Shown here one piece after another: positions 21,565-31,807 of a stretch of DNA of 64,000 nucleotides. The number at the start of each line of letters is the position of its first letter. Position 1 is the stretch's first letter. A program made the translations under genes and the position numbers. The notes under the pieces are model-generated. The model was not told where the DNA came from. It saw nothing but the letters and a program-made list of their open reading frames with translations, and did no database searches. Origin of the DNA: Candidatus Bathyarchaeota archaeon (GTDB lineage: Archaea; Thermoproteota; Bathyarchaeia; Bathyarchaeales; Bathycorpusculaceae); the NCBI GenBank assembly GCA_963832745.1, contig CAWHVC010000002.1, positions 128,001 to 192,000 of the forward strand, read 5' to 3'.

Positions 21565-22019
21565 TGACCAACCTATCCAGTCAAAGACGCCTTGCTTCAG
21601 CTATTCTTAAAACCGGTGAAAACCGTGTTTGGATAAATCCTGAACGCATTGATGATGTTGAAGGCGCCATTACACGTGAAGAAATCAAAAAGTTGATTCA
21701 CGAGAAAATAATCACTTCACTACCTGAAAAAGGTGTTAGTCGCTCAAGAGCAAAGACAATTCGCGAAAAGAAAAGCAAAGGTAGACGACAAGGTCCAGGC
21801 AGCTATACTGGTTCACCACAAGCTGGTATAACTAAGAAAGAAGCTTGGATGATTAAAATCCGTTCATTACGCCGCAAACTCCGCGAACTTAAAGCAAACC
21901 GAACAATTACTGAAGAAACATACACAGAATTCTACCGTATGGCTGGCAGTGGCCGCTTTGAATCTGTTGCTGACTTAGAGCGTTACTTGAAGGCAAAGGA
22001 TCTATGGAGGAAACGTTAA
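21564..22019 (+). CDS. rpl19e: 50S ribosomal protein L19e
   Basis: QRRLAS, RVWINP, AITREEI, GRRQGPGS. Confidence 0.96.
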   Translation: MTNLSSQRRLASAILKTGENRVWINPERIDDVEGAITREEIKKLIHEKIITSLPEKGVSRSRAKTIREKKSKGRRQGPGSYTGSPQAGITKKEAWMIKIRSLRRKLRELKANRTITEETYTEFYRMAGSGRFESVADLERYLKAKDLWRKR

Positions 22020-22020
22020 G

Positions 22021-22623
22021 ATGGCAAAAAATGCAAATTATCGTGTACCTTTAAGACGTAGACGCGAAGGTAAAACTGATTACCAAGCTCGTAAAGCTCT
22101 GGTTATTTCAGGTAGACCTCGTCTAGTTACAAGAGGTTCATTAAAGAACGCTACCGTGCAAATAATTCAAGCAAAACCAGCAGGCGACATCGTTTTAGCA
22201 GCTGCAAACAGCAAAGAGTTAAGCAAATTGTTCGGTTGGAAAGCTCCAACAGGCAACATTCCAGCCGCTTACTTAACTGGATTGCTTTGCGGTTTGAAAG
22301 CTAAAAAGAATGGCGTTGAAGAAGCAATCTTAGATGCAGGTCTTGTTTCCCCAACAAAGGGTGCAAGAATCTTTGCTATGTTAAGTGGTGTTGTTGATGC
22401 AGGTGTTAGTGTTCCTCACAGTGAAGCAAAAATAGTTAAGGAACGCATAAAGGGTGAACAAGTTGCAAAGTATGCAAAGAAACTTGGCGTTGGCTCTGAA
22501 GAGTACAACCAAAAGTTTTCAGCTTACATCGCAGCAGGTGTTGCCCCAGAAAAACTGCCTGAGCACTTCACAAAAGTTAAAGCCGGTATAGTTGCGTCAT
22601 TTAAAGGTGAGAAGAAAGAATGA
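22021..22623 (+). CDS. rpl18: 50S ribosomal protein L18 (uL18)
   Basis: RRRREGKTDY, NIPAAYLTGLL. Confidence 0.97.
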   Translation: MAKNANYRVPLRRRREGKTDYQARKALVISGRPRLVTRGSLKNATVQIIQAKPAGDIVLAAANSKELSKLFGWKAPTGNIPAAYLTGLLCGLKAKKNGVEEAILDAGLVSPTKGARIFAMLSGVVDAGVSVPHSEAKIVKERIKGEQVAKYAKKLGVGSEEYNQKFSAYIAAGVAPEKLPEHFTKVKAGIVASFKGEKKE

Positions 22624-23273
22624 GTAGAGACAGAAGAGACCAAGATAGACGTACAGCAAATCTTGAAGAGTGGGTTCCAAAAACTCGTCTCGGCAGGATG
22701 ATTCAAGAAGGCAAGATTACCACAATGGACGACCTGTTCCTTAGCGGCATAAAGATTTCCGAGCCACAAATCGTTGACGCATTGCTTCCAGACATTCAGG
22801 AAGAAGTCATCAACGTTAACTTGGTTCAGAAGCAAACTGATGCAGGCGAAAAATCACGTTTCAAAGCAATCGTCGCTGTCGGCAACAGAGATGGCTACAT
22901 CGGTCTTGGCAACGGAAAAGCCGGTCAAGTCCGCAACGCCATCGAAAAAGCCGCAGCAAACGCACGCTTAAACATTGTTCCAGTGAAACGTGGCTGTGGA
23001 AGTTGGGAATGTAATTGTGGACAAACTCACAGCGTACCTTTCCAAGTTGAAGGTAAATGTGGTGGTGTCCGAGTTGAAATCATTCCAGGTCCAAGAGGTT
23101 TAGGTCTTGTTTCAAGTGAAGTCGCAAAAACAATCTTTGGCTTAGCAGGCGTAAAAGACCTTTGGATGAGAAGCTTTGGTTCAACAAGAACAGTTCCTTC
23201 ATATGCATGCGCAATCTTTGATGGTCTACGCAAAACGTACAATTTGATTACACAAGTCGATTGGGTGAAGTAA
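22620..23273 (+). CDS. rps5: 30S ribosomal protein S5 (uS5)
   Basis: WVPKTRLG, RGCGSWEC, PGPRGLGL. Confidence 0.97.
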   Translation: MSRDRRDQDRRTANLEEWVPKTRLGRMIQEGKITTMDDLFLSGIKISEPQIVDALLPDIQEEVINVNLVQKQTDAGEKSRFKAIVAVGNRDGYIGLGNGKAGQVRNAIEKAAANARLNIVPVKRGCGSWECNCGQTHSVPFQVEGKCGGVRVEIIPGPRGLGLVSSEVAKTIFGLAGVKDLWMRSFGSTRTVPSYACAIFDGLRKTYNLITQVDWVK

Positions 23274-23274
23274 A

Positions 23275-23763
23275 ATGGCACAGCAAACAGAGCAATATAA
23301 ACCAGTAGCAGTAGTTCGCGTTCGCGGTACAGTCAGCGCGTTAAGAGAAGCACGGGAAACCCTTAAGCTGCTTCACTTAGAACACACTAACCATGCAATC
23401 TTAATTGATGATCGTCCATCCTACAAAGGTATGCTGCAAAGAGTAACAAGCTATGTCACATGGGGCGAAGTTACCAAAGAAACAGTTGTAGCAATGCTTG
23501 AAAAAAGAGCAAGACTTGCAGGCAACAAAAAACTGACAGCAGAATATCTTGAAAAACTTGACTTCAAAACGTTTGATGAATTAGCAGATGCAATAATGAC
23601 TGGCAAAGCAGAACATGGCAAACTACCATTCATGACTCCACTGTTCAAACTGCATCCGCCAACAAAAGGCTTTAAAGGAAAAGTCAAAAAATCCTTCAAA
23701 GCAGGCGGAGAAGCAGGTTACCGCGGCGAAGCAATCAACGAACTCGTAAAACGTATGATTTAA
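23275..23763 (+). CDS. rpl30: 50S ribosomal protein L30 (uL30)
   Basis: AVVRVRG, YVTWGE, LHPP..GF, GYRGEAIN. Confidence 0.96.
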   Translation: MAQQTEQYKPVAVVRVRGTVSALREARETLKLLHLEHTNHAILIDDRPSYKGMLQRVTSYVTWGEVTKETVVAMLEKRARLAGNKKLTAEYLEKLDFKTFDELADAIMTGKAEHGKLPFMTPLFKLHPPTKGFKGKVKKSFKAGGEAGYRGEAINELVKRMI

Positions 23764-23766
23764 TCA

Positions 23767-23805
23767 TTAGGGTTAAACCCTAACCTTTGTTTATTTTTTG
23801 TTTTT
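23767..23805 (+). terminator. Hairpin plus T-tract after rpl30
   Basis: TTAGGGTT-A-AACCCTAA inverted repeat followed by T-rich runs. Confidence 0.55.
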
Positions 23806-23951
23806 GTTGTATATTTTTTGTGGCTTTTTTTGTTTTTCATGGAGAAAAGCGGTATTTTAGTTGATATGCCTATAAGCAAGAGATATTATTTCATTAATAC
23901 TGGATGACTATTCCTAAAATGCAAATGTGGTTTCGCGAATAATTTGCTTTT

Positions 23952-24611
23952 ATGGATTTTCTGATGGTTTATTGGTGTATAGGTTTGAGAGCTAAAAGTC
24001 CAAGCATAATTGAGCATCTTGCGTTCCTTTCCGTTAAATATCACGTATTTCTCGCTGACCTCTTTGGAGCACTAGTTTCTGCTAGAAAAACTGGTGAATC
24101 TAACTGTAACGATTTAATGGTTGAATATAGAGGCAGCTTTAATGGTCAAGCAGTATTTTTGATAACAAAATCAGGCAAAGTAATAGTGCAGTTTAGGGTT
24201 GAAGAAGATTTTCTTTCAATAAAAAATGTGCCCTTTGACAGTTGGATGAATACCGATAAAGTGCGTAATCAAATAGCTAAAGAAACTTTGCTTTCAGGTT
24301 CCTTTTCAATTTCAGACTTGCGTCACGGAATGAAGAAAGTTTGTTTGGAAGCGAAAATTTTAGAAATTTCAAAGCCAGTGACGGTTCATACGCAGTACGG
24401 GAATAATGTTTCTTTGACTAACGCTTGGGTGGAAGATGTAACTGGAAAAGTCAAGCTTTGCCTTTGGGGTGACCAAGTAAACTCTGTAAGAGTTGGCGAT
24501 ACTATACACATTAAGAATGCATCAGTTTTTGTTTACAAGGGTGAACGGCAGCTTCGTTTAGGTAAAACAGGAACGCTTAATGTGCTTCCAACTTTGATGC
24601 CTAAAAATTAG
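23952..24611 (+). CDS. OB-fold ssDNA-binding (SSB/RPA-like) domain protein with uncharacterised N-terminal domain
   Basis: C-terminal ISDLRHGMKKV...EDVTGKVKLCLW...IKNA...ERQLRLGKTG; true start probably TTG ~23985. Confidence 0.75.
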   Translation: MDFLMVYWCIGLRAKSPSIIEHLAFLSVKYHVFLADLFGALVSARKTGESNCNDLMVEYRGSFNGQAVFLITKSGKVIVQFRVEEDFLSIKNVPFDSWMNTDKVRNQIAKETLLSGSFSISDLRHGMKKVCLEAKILEISKPVTVHTQYGNNVSLTNAWVEDVTGKVKLCLWGDQVNSVRVGDTIHIKNASVFVYKGERQLRLGKTGTLNVLPTLMPKN

Positions 24612-24753
24612 GTTTTCCAAATAACTTCACTTTTTCCTTAACAAAATTTTTTCAAGCAGCCCAGCTTTTAAACAGTGAAATTTGCCATTTTTTGACGGCA
24701 AGTCATTTTTTTCCAAAAAATTTTAATTATGAATTGCACTTGAAAAGGGCTAA

Positions 24754-25353
24754 ATGAGCTTCCGTAAATGGTTATCCGACAAAGTATCCACGCCTAAAGC
24801 CAAAATAGACTTAACTCTGGAGAAAAGCAAATTCTCTTTAGGCGAACAAATCCGTGGGCAAGCCAAAATCGTTTGTGACGAAGAAATTGACGTAACAGAA
24901 GTCTCCGTGCTTTTAACCTGTAATGAAAGCGTCAAGAAAACCCGAATCGTAAGCAGCCAATACGGCACACAGCAGTCCGATTACTGGGACAGCGGCGAAA
25001 TTTACCGTGTAAAATTCGTCTTCTTCGAAAATGCCCACGTACCTCAAGGTTTAAATCAAATTTACCCTTTTTCGTTAAATGTACCAACAGCCGCTAAAGA
25101 AACTTGCTACGGCATAGACCGCTATGTTAAATGGTATATGTCCTCAATTTTTGATGTTAAAGGCCGACCTGACGTTCACACTGACACTTACGAGGTGCTT
25201 ATAGAAAAACCCCAAGTTGTCTCCTCCCAACAGGCGCCTGTCATTAAAGAGGTAGTAAAAGAAATCGTACTCATACCCTGTGGTTACTGCGGTTCACTTA
25301 TGCCTCAAACAGCCATTTTTTGTCCCAACTGCGGCGCAAGAAGAAAAAACTAA
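24754..25353 (+). CDS. Arrestin/Spo0M-like protein with C-terminal zinc ribbon
   Basis: Beta-sandwich pattern (LGEQIRG, YPFSLNVP, VKW) plus CGYCG...CPNCG. Confidence 0.7.
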   Translation: MSFRKWLSDKVSTPKAKIDLTLEKSKFSLGEQIRGQAKIVCDEEIDVTEVSVLLTCNESVKKTRIVSSQYGTQQSDYWDSGEIYRVKFVFFENAHVPQGLNQIYPFSLNVPTAAKETCYGIDRYVKWYMSSIFDVKGRPDVHTDTYEVLIEKPQVVSSQQAPVIKEVVKEIVLIPCGYCGSLMPQTAIFCPNCGARRKN

Positions 25354-25400
25354 CTCAATAACACTAAAGGGGTAGGTGTTAATGGCGCAGTTTTATTTCT

Positions 25401-27782
25401 TTATTGTATGGACATGTGGATTCTGACCCATTCGTCGGGACTGATTTGCCGTTCCGTTTCTGCTCCCGTTTCAATTCTGACCCAACTTATTTTTCCGTTA
25501 AACTTGTTATTGCGGTCTTTGAAGTCATCCGAGAGTGGAGCTCCGATTTTGTCGCCTACCATACAGGTTGAATCAGCTGAAAAGATAATCGGCACAGTAT
25601 GCTCAAGTTTGCCCTGTGCCACCTTCTTGTTGTCTATGTAAAGTGTTGCCGTTCCGCCTTTTCCTGGGCCGCCGCCGTTATAGTTGAAATCCATGCGAAC
25701 CTCATGTTTTCCCGGTGGTATTTTGTCTGTGGCTTCAACTGAATAGTTTGCTAAGCCTAAAAAGTTATAGCAGTACTTGAGTTTTCCTTCCCAGAAATAG
25801 AGTGCCCACCCGCCAAAGTTGGCGCCCTGTGCGATAATGGTTCCTGATGCGCCTGAAGTGGGAACCTCAACTTCGGATAGTATGGAGTGTGACTTGTTTT
25901 TGATGTCTATAACTCCAGTTTCGTTAAGAACCATTCCTGGATACAAAAACTGTGTATTGCCTGTTACCATTTCTGGTCTGCCTGCCAATTTAGGGATAAA
26001 GCGTTCTATACCTCGGTCGTCCAACGGTAGGACGTTGTAACGTGTTGCTTCTATTAGCCATTGCCGTTGTAATTCGTGAAGTAAGTCTGGTCTCTGTTTT
26101 GATAGGTCATCGGATTGTGTCCAATCTTTTGTGGTGTCGTAAAGTTCCCAGTTGTCATCGTCGAAGGCCACGGTTTGTTGGCCTACAAGTTGCCATGGTG
26201 TGCGGTGTTTGGTTACTGCTGTCCATCCTTTGTAGTATATTCCTCGGTTGCCAAACATTTCAAAATATTGAACGTCATGACGGTCAGGTGCAGCAGATTC
26301 CTCGAAACTGTACATCATGCTGGTGCCTTCCATCTGCTTCTGTTCCACACCCTCCACAAACTCTGGTTCAGGAATGCCAGCGATTTCAAGAATGGTAGGT
26401 GCAATGTCGATTACGTGGTGGAACTGGTGCCGTAATTCGCCTTTTGCTTTGATTCCTTTTGGCCAATGAACGATTAAGCCGTTTCTGGTGCCTCCAAAAT
26501 GGGAAGCAACTTGCTTGGTCCACTGGTAAGGACAACACATCGCGTGCGCCCAACCGACCGCGTAATGGTTGTATGATGTTGGTCCACCGAGTTCATCAAG
26601 ATGCGCCATCAGGTACTGTGGGGTTTCCAAAGCCGCTGCACCGTTAAAGTTGGTCATTTCATTAAATGTGCCGTTCAGTGTGCCTTCTGCTGAAGCTCCG
26701 TTATCGCCAATAATGTAAAATACTAACGTGTCATCAAGAATGCCCAAGTCTTTTAACGAGTCAAGTAGTCTGCCAACGTGGTAATCGGTGAATTCTAAAA
26801 ATCCAGCGTAAACTTCCATTTCACGTCTAAGAACCGGCTTAAGATTTTCTGGCATCTCATCCCAAGCAGGAATCTCTTTGTGTCGTTTGGTGAGTTTTGC
26901 CTCTTTAGGAACCACTCCAATTTTTTTCTGCTGTTCAAAGGTGTGTTCTCGAAGTTTATCCCAGCCGTCATCGAATTTGCCCCTGTATTTGTCTGCCCAC
27001 TCTTTTGGAACATGATGAGGCGCATGGGTTGCTCCTGGGGCGAAGTAGACAAAGAATGGTTTTTCTGGGGCAATTGCTTTTTGGGTTCGAATCCAGTTAA
27101 TTGCTTGATCTGTCATGTCTACCAGAAAGTGATAATTTGGGTCATTGGGCAGGGTAACTCTTGCGCGGCCATCGTAAACTTCGGGGAACCACTGATTAGT
27201 TTCTCCCGCAACGAAACCGTAGAATTTTTCGAATCCCGAAAAGGTTGGCCAATGGTCAAAAGGTCCGACGGGTCCGGTTTCCCATAATGGCACTTCATGG
27301 CATTTTCCGAAATGAGCGGTTGAGTACCCGTTATACTTTAAAATTTTAGCTAAAGGGGCACAATAGTTAGGTCTAATCGAGTTATAGCCTGGCGCCGACG
27401 TGGCAATCTCTGTTATGCCTCCCATTCCTACCGTGTGATGGTTATGTCCCGTTAAAATGGCTGCCCGCGTTGGAGAACATAACGCTGTCGTGTGGAACCG
27501 AGTGTATTTTAAGCCGTCAGTACCAAGCGCTTCTGCAACTGGCGTATTGATTGGTCCACCAAAAGCGCTAGAAGCTCCAAAACCCACGTCATCAAGCAAA
27601 ACAAGAATAATATTGGGCGCGTTTTTAGGTGATTCAATGGCCTGTATGGGCGGAAACTTTGCGTCAACATTTTTTGCGTCATAAACGATTAAGCCCTTGT
27701 AAGGCTTGTCTGGCATGGGCAGGACAGTGCGTTGTGGACTATGCTTTTCGGGTGGTGACCTAAAATTTTCAGGCTGTGACAA
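25401..27782 (-). CDS. Arylsulfatase (Cys-type)
   Basis: PNIILVLLDDVG, CSPTRAAILTG signature, GDNG, C-terminal beta-sandwich. Confidence 0.93.
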   Translation of the reverse strand: MSQPENFRSPPEKHSPQRTVLPMPDKPYKGLIVYDAKNVDAKFPPIQAIESPKNAPNIILVLLDDVGFGASSAFGGPINTPVAEALGTDGLKYTRFHTTALCSPTRAAILTGHNHHTVGMGGITEIATSAPGYNSIRPNYCAPLAKILKYNGYSTAHFGKCHEVPLWETGPVGPFDHWPTFSGFEKFYGFVAGETNQWFPEVYDGRARVTLPNDPNYHFLVDMTDQAINWIRTQKAIAPEKPFFVYFAPGATHAPHHVPKEWADKYRGKFDDGWDKLREHTFEQQKKIGVVPKEAKLTKRHKEIPAWDEMPENLKPVLRREMEVYAGFLEFTDYHVGRLLDSLKDLGILDDTLVFYIIGDNGASAEGTLNGTFNEMTNFNGAAALETPQYLMAHLDELGGPTSYNHYAVGWAHAMCCPYQWTKQVASHFGGTRNGLIVHWPKGIKAKGELRHQFHHVIDIAPTILEIAGIPEPEFVEGVEQKQMEGTSMMYSFEESAAPDRHDVQYFEMFGNRGIYYKGWTAVTKHRTPWQLVGQQTVAFDDDNWELYDTTKDWTQSDDLSKQRPDLLHELQRQWLIEATRYNVLPLDDRGIERFIPKLAGRPEMVTGNTQFLYPGMVLNETGVIDIKNKSHSILSEVEVPTSGASGTIIAQGANFGGWALYFWEGKLKYCYNFLGLANYSVEATDKIPPGKHEVRMDFNYNGGGPGKGGTATLYIDNKKVAQGKLEHTVPIIFSADSTCMVGDKIGAPLSDDFKDRNNKFNGKISWVRIETGAETERQISPDEWVRIHMSIQ

Positions 27783-27897
27783 AAAAGTTCACCAACTAAG
27801 AGAGTTAAACCTTGAAGTTAAAAATATGTGATTTCACAAAGAAATAACAATTAATCTATAATTGTATTAGTAGCAGATTGACCTGTCCAGTTAGCGG

Positions 27898-28233
27898 TTA
27901 CTTTGATTTTTGCCTAAACCCAACCACGTTACCGTCAGTGTCCTTAACTTGTGCAATCAACAAGCCCCCGCCAACCTCCATAACGTCCTTGACAATTACG
28001 CCGCCAGTTTGGGTTATTGCTTGAAGGCATTCCTTAATGTCCTCAACATCCATGTACACAACAGGTCCTTCAGTGGCGCTTGGGTCTAAACCAACCTCTA
28101 AATCACCAACCCTAAAACCCACATAATAAGGACTTGCAACGTACGGTTCAACACCCAAAAACTTGCCAAAAAACACCTTAGCCTTCTCAACATCCTTAAC
28201 AGGATAAACTAAAAGCTTAACACTATTAGACAA
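27898..28233 (-). CDS. VOC/glyoxalase family protein
   Basis: PVKDVEKAKVFF, VEDI, KDTDGNVVG. Confidence 0.88.
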   Translation of the reverse strand: MSNSVKLLVYPVKDVEKAKVFFGKFLGVEPYVASPYYVGFRVGDLEVGLDPSATEGPVVYMDVEDIKECLQAITQTGGVIVKDVMEVGGGLLIAQVKDTDGNVVGFRQKSK

Positions 28234-28434
28234 ATCAAAAACCTCTAATAGAAAATTACTTCTGCGCTATAAAAATAAATTCAGAAAAATTTTGCAAAAA
28301 GAAAAATTGACAATCTTTTTACATATTTGATTTTAGTTAAGAATTCTTGACTACAATGAGTCAAAAAATGTTTACGAGAACTCTTATATGCTCTCGAAAA
28401 CCCTTTCACAATTGTATTGTTAAGGTTATGAAAA

Positions 28435-30114
28435 ATGGGGAACAAAAAAGCATCTCTTGTTCTATTCATGGCTTTCTTTATTGTGTTGGCTTTTTTCCCT
28501 ATTCACCTGTAGTGGAAGCGAATCCTACTTCGATGATGTACCCACTGCCCGAGCCTTCTTTTGTTATAAAGGCTGATGGAAGTATTGACCCCTTAACAGC
28601 ACCCATTCACAGGGACGGTAACGTCTACACTTTCACGGATAACATAGTTGGCTACACAGTTATTGTAGAAAGAGACAACATTGTACTTGACGGAGGCGGC
28701 TATTCTCTAAAAGGAAATGGCTTCACAAGCGTTGATGACCCATATGGTTCCAAAGATTTGAACATTGGATTATTTCTCATGAATCGGCAAGGGGTAACAG
28801 TAAGGAACATGAAAATCAGTGGGTTCCATGATGCTGTTTACCTTTTCAGTTACTTAGGTGGTTCTTCTAGCGAAAATCGCTTTGAGAGTAATCTGCTGTC
28901 AGACAATTATTATGGTATGTACTTGCTTTATTCTCAGTTTACCGTGCTTAGAAACAACCAGATGAAAAATAACACGCGCAACCTTTGCATTATCGACAAC
29001 ATTCAAATCAGACCTGAACCGCCCAACTTGTACCTAAATGACATTGATTCGTCAAACACAGTCGATGGAAAACCAGTAATCTACTGGGTAAATAAACATG
29101 GCGGAACCGTGCCTTCTAACGCTGGATATGTTGCCCTTATAAACTGTTCAGACATAACCATCGAAAACTTGGAGTTATCCCACAACGGACAAGGGATACT
29201 GTTGAGTTCCACGCCCAACCTGCAAATAACACAAAATCATATAACAAACACGGATTCAGGCATTTTCCTTCATAAATCTTCAAACGTTAATGTCACTGAA
29301 AACAAATTGGAAAGCAATGATGTCTGCATAAACGTTTACGAGTCTAATGCAACCCAAATATCATCAAACAGCCTGACAAGAAATAAAAGTGGCATTTCTT
29401 TAGTCGGCACACAGGATAACATCGTTTTTAGAAACAGTATTGTCGCTAACAATGGTGGGCGGTTTGTTTTTAAGTGTAGTTTCCAATTCCACAATTAAGG
29501 AAAATGACGTATCGGATAACAATGGAACTGGCATCGTCATATATGTTTCTTATAACAACACGGTCACTGCGAACACTATAACCGGCAACGTTGAAGACGG
29601 AATTGGCCTCTGGGAAGTGGATACAACAAACAATACAATCTCTGACAATTTAATAGCGAACAATGCCCGATTTGGGTTTCTAATCCGATATAGCTGCAGC
29701 AACAAAATCATTGGAAACCTGATTACAAAAAACAATGATTCCGCCATGCGGTTTGTAGAGGGTAGCGATAATTTAATTTACCACAATAGCTTCATCGAAA
29801 ATGCCAATAATAGCGCCCAAATATCTATTGTGTCAGCTTTTAATAATCCAGCATTCCCTAACATGTGGGATAACGGCGTCGAAGGCAACTATTGGAGCGA
29901 CTCCAAAGCCTCACCCTACATTATAACTGAAAACAATCACGATAATCACCCACTTCAAACAACCATCAATTTTGTTAATCCTGAAACACCTTCAAACTTA
30001 TTGAAAGAAGAAACTGTAGCGGCGTTAGATTTTCCTGAGATTGTACTTGCTTTAGTTGCTATAGCGGTAACTACAAGTATAATACTTCTGGCATTCTATA
30101 AGCGTAAACGTTAA
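28435..30114 (+). pseudogene. NosD/right-handed beta-helix surface protein broken by two frameshifts
   Basis: Signal peptide MGNKKASLVLFMAFFIVLA (ATG 28435) is out of frame with the VEANP body at the T6 run (~28491). A second shift at ~29455 joins ORFs 28347..29498 and 29440..30114 (WDNGVEGNYWSD, C-terminal TM). Confidence 0.75.
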
Positions 30115-30164
30115 AACCATTGTTCTGCCCGAACTGTGGTATAATAATAACGTACTTGCCACTT

Positions 30165-30325
30165 TTTTGTTGCCTAAGCCCAACCACGTTGCCGTTTGGG
30201 TCTTTAACTTTTGCAATAGCAGGCCCGCCAACATCTGTAAACTTCTTGGAAAATCTCGCGCCAGCTTTAGTTAATGCTTCCAGACTGCTTTTAATGTCAG
30301 TAACATCGGTGTAAGCAATAGGTTA
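30165..30325 (-). pseudogene. Degraded C-terminal half of a second VOC/glyoxalase gene
   Basis: TTGCCTAAGCCCAACCACGTTGCCG..TCTTTAACTTTTGCAAT..CCGCCAAC closely parallels 27909-27975 of the intact VOC gene. Confidence 0.7.
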
Positions 30326-30435
30326 CACATTACCGTTCATTGGCTGTTTAAGAATTTGTTTCCAACATTTAGTACAGTACCTGTTTTGTATGGGGTTAGC
30401 AACCCAGTTTTGATTCTGTTAAGTAGTCCCTATTT

Positions 30436-30636
30436 CTAGTTGTATTGGAATGTGTAGTGGGTTTGTTGGTTGTTTTGGTACTTTATGAATGCACGGAAAC
30501 CGTTCTGGTTTATGCAGTCTTTGAATAGTTTACGACGCTGTTCAGGTGTCATGTTGGTGACGTTGTAGTGTTTGGTTTGTTGTTTCATATCTGTGCTCTT
30601 CTTATGCGGTTTCTTTTGGGTCAACGTATTGAGCAA
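30436..30636 (-). CDS. Small basic hypothetical protein
   Basis: 66-aa ORF overlapping the upstream Zn-finger ORF; no recognised family. Confidence 0.4.
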   Translation of the reverse strand: MLNTLTQKKPHKKSTDMKQQTKHYNVTNMTPEQRRKLFKDCINQNGFRAFIKYQNNQQTHYTFQYN

Positions 30637-30793
30637 CTACTCGTGAACACCGTGGGCACTGTACATGGTACCCTTTGTTGTAGCTTATTCCGGCTGAGAG
30701 GAGTGCGTTTTGTTTGGGGGTTATGCGTCCGTATTTGCATTGCCATACTAAAAAGTGTTTTTTGGGTGTTTTGGAGGTTTTCAATTTTAACAC
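30602..30793 (-). CDS. Small zinc-finger-like protein
   Basis: WQCKYG...GYHVQCPRC; similar to the repaired product of 47450..47718. Confidence 0.55.
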   Translation of the reverse strand: MLKLKTSKTPKKHFLVWQCKYGRITPKQNALLSAGISYNKGYHVQCPRCSRVVAQYVDPKETA

Positions 30794-30919
30794 TTGTTAA
30801 TTGTTTTGACTGTTTGTTAGATATAAAATTTACTTATAATTCCTTATAATAGAATATTAGTGCTTATTATTACAGATAAACCCTAAACTTAACGGGCACC
30901 ATAAGATAAACGGTTCCAA

Positions 30920-31078
30920 ATGGTCAAAATGAAATTAACGATAACAGTTGAGCCTGAACTAATCCACTGGATAGACGAGCAAGTTGAAAAGAAACATTTT
31001 GCCGACAGAAGCCACGCCGTTCAATACTCGCTCCACAAAGTAAAAGAGTTAATCGACAAAGGCGAAATCAAATTCTGA
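30920..31078 (+). CDS. Ribbon-helix-helix (CopG-like) DNA-binding protein; absent from the ORF track
   Basis: Hand translation MVKMKLTITVEPELIHWIDEQVEKKHFADRSHAVQYSLHKVKELIDKGEIKF. Confidence 0.8.
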   Translation: MVKMKLTITVEPELIHWIDEQVEKKHFADRSHAVQYSLHKVKELIDKGEIKF

Positions 31079-31309
31079 TTTTGCTCTTCTTTGATATTTT
31101 AACAATTTCTTAATCTCCTAACTTCCAAAATACGTTATTTCAGGCATTTTTAATGCTAATATTGTTTAAAGGGGTGCGTTTTGCTGCTGTTTTGGTTGTT
31201 GGAGCGTGATAACTGCCTTAAGCGGCTGAATGGGTCATGATAGTTGCCCGACCTGCATCATGTGGTTTAATGCCGTTAGTGCTTTACTCTGCAGTTCTAT
31301 GTTGAACAC

Positions 31310-31485
31310 CAAAACCTATTTGCATCTATTTGGAGCCTATTAGAAATAGTGTGCAAAAACCTATAGAGGGTAGGTCAAAACCAGCACTTTTAGGCTCCTA
31401 TTAGAAGTTCTATGTAAAAACCTGTAGAGAGGTAGGTTGCTAATATTGAAAAACCAAGTCGTTAGCATGTTGGAAACCAGTGTTT
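31310..31485 (+). repeat. Two tandem copies of a dispersed repeat (core CCTATTAG...TGCAAAAACCTATAGAGGGTAGG)
   Basis: Cores at 31351-31374 and 31397-31436; tail AGCATGTTGGAAACCAGTGTTT at 31464-31485. Confidence 0.75.
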
Positions 31486-31548
31486 AATCTGTTGTGCTGC
31501 TTGCTTTATAGAATAACTTAAAAACAAAAATTACACATTAGTTTTGAG

Positions 31549-31743
31549 TTGATTGATTTGTCTTTAACGGAAGAGGAAACACAAAATATTCAAGCATCAA
31601 GTACTATTGAGCAGTTCGCTAAAATTTTTGTTAAAAATTATCCCTTGATTTTCAAAAACGGTTTTTACAATACAAAGATTTCTGCTGACGCTGACGGAAA
31701 ATTTCCTTATGAGGTGGTTCTGGAAATAAGACTTAAACAGTAA
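31549..31743 (+). CDS. Small hypothetical protein flanked by repeat copies
   Basis: 64-aa ORF, TTG start. Confidence 0.45.
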   Translation: MIDLSLTEEETQNIQASSTIEQFAKIFVKNYPLIFKNGFYNTKISADADGKFPYEVVLEIRLKQ

Positions 31744-31807
31744 AACCCTAAAGGGGCAGATGCTATTGACTCAGAAACAGCAAAAAGCATGTTGAAACCC
31801 TTGTTTT
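31742..31807 (+). repeat. Partial copy of the dispersed repeat
   Basis: AAAACCCTAAAGGGGCAGATGCTATTGA..AAAAGCATGTTGAAACCCTTGTTT. Confidence 0.65.

Noticed and set aside
23767-23783. Telomere-like TTAGGG/CCCTAA palindrome
   Set aside because: Single copy directly after the rpl30 stop and before T-tracts; best explained as a terminator hairpin.
31310-31485. CRISPR array or replication origin
   Set aside because: Copies are degenerate, unevenly spaced and dispersed, with no unique spacers of constant length or cas genes. No cdc6/orc1 is adjacent, so the ORB resemblance is noted only as a hypothesis.
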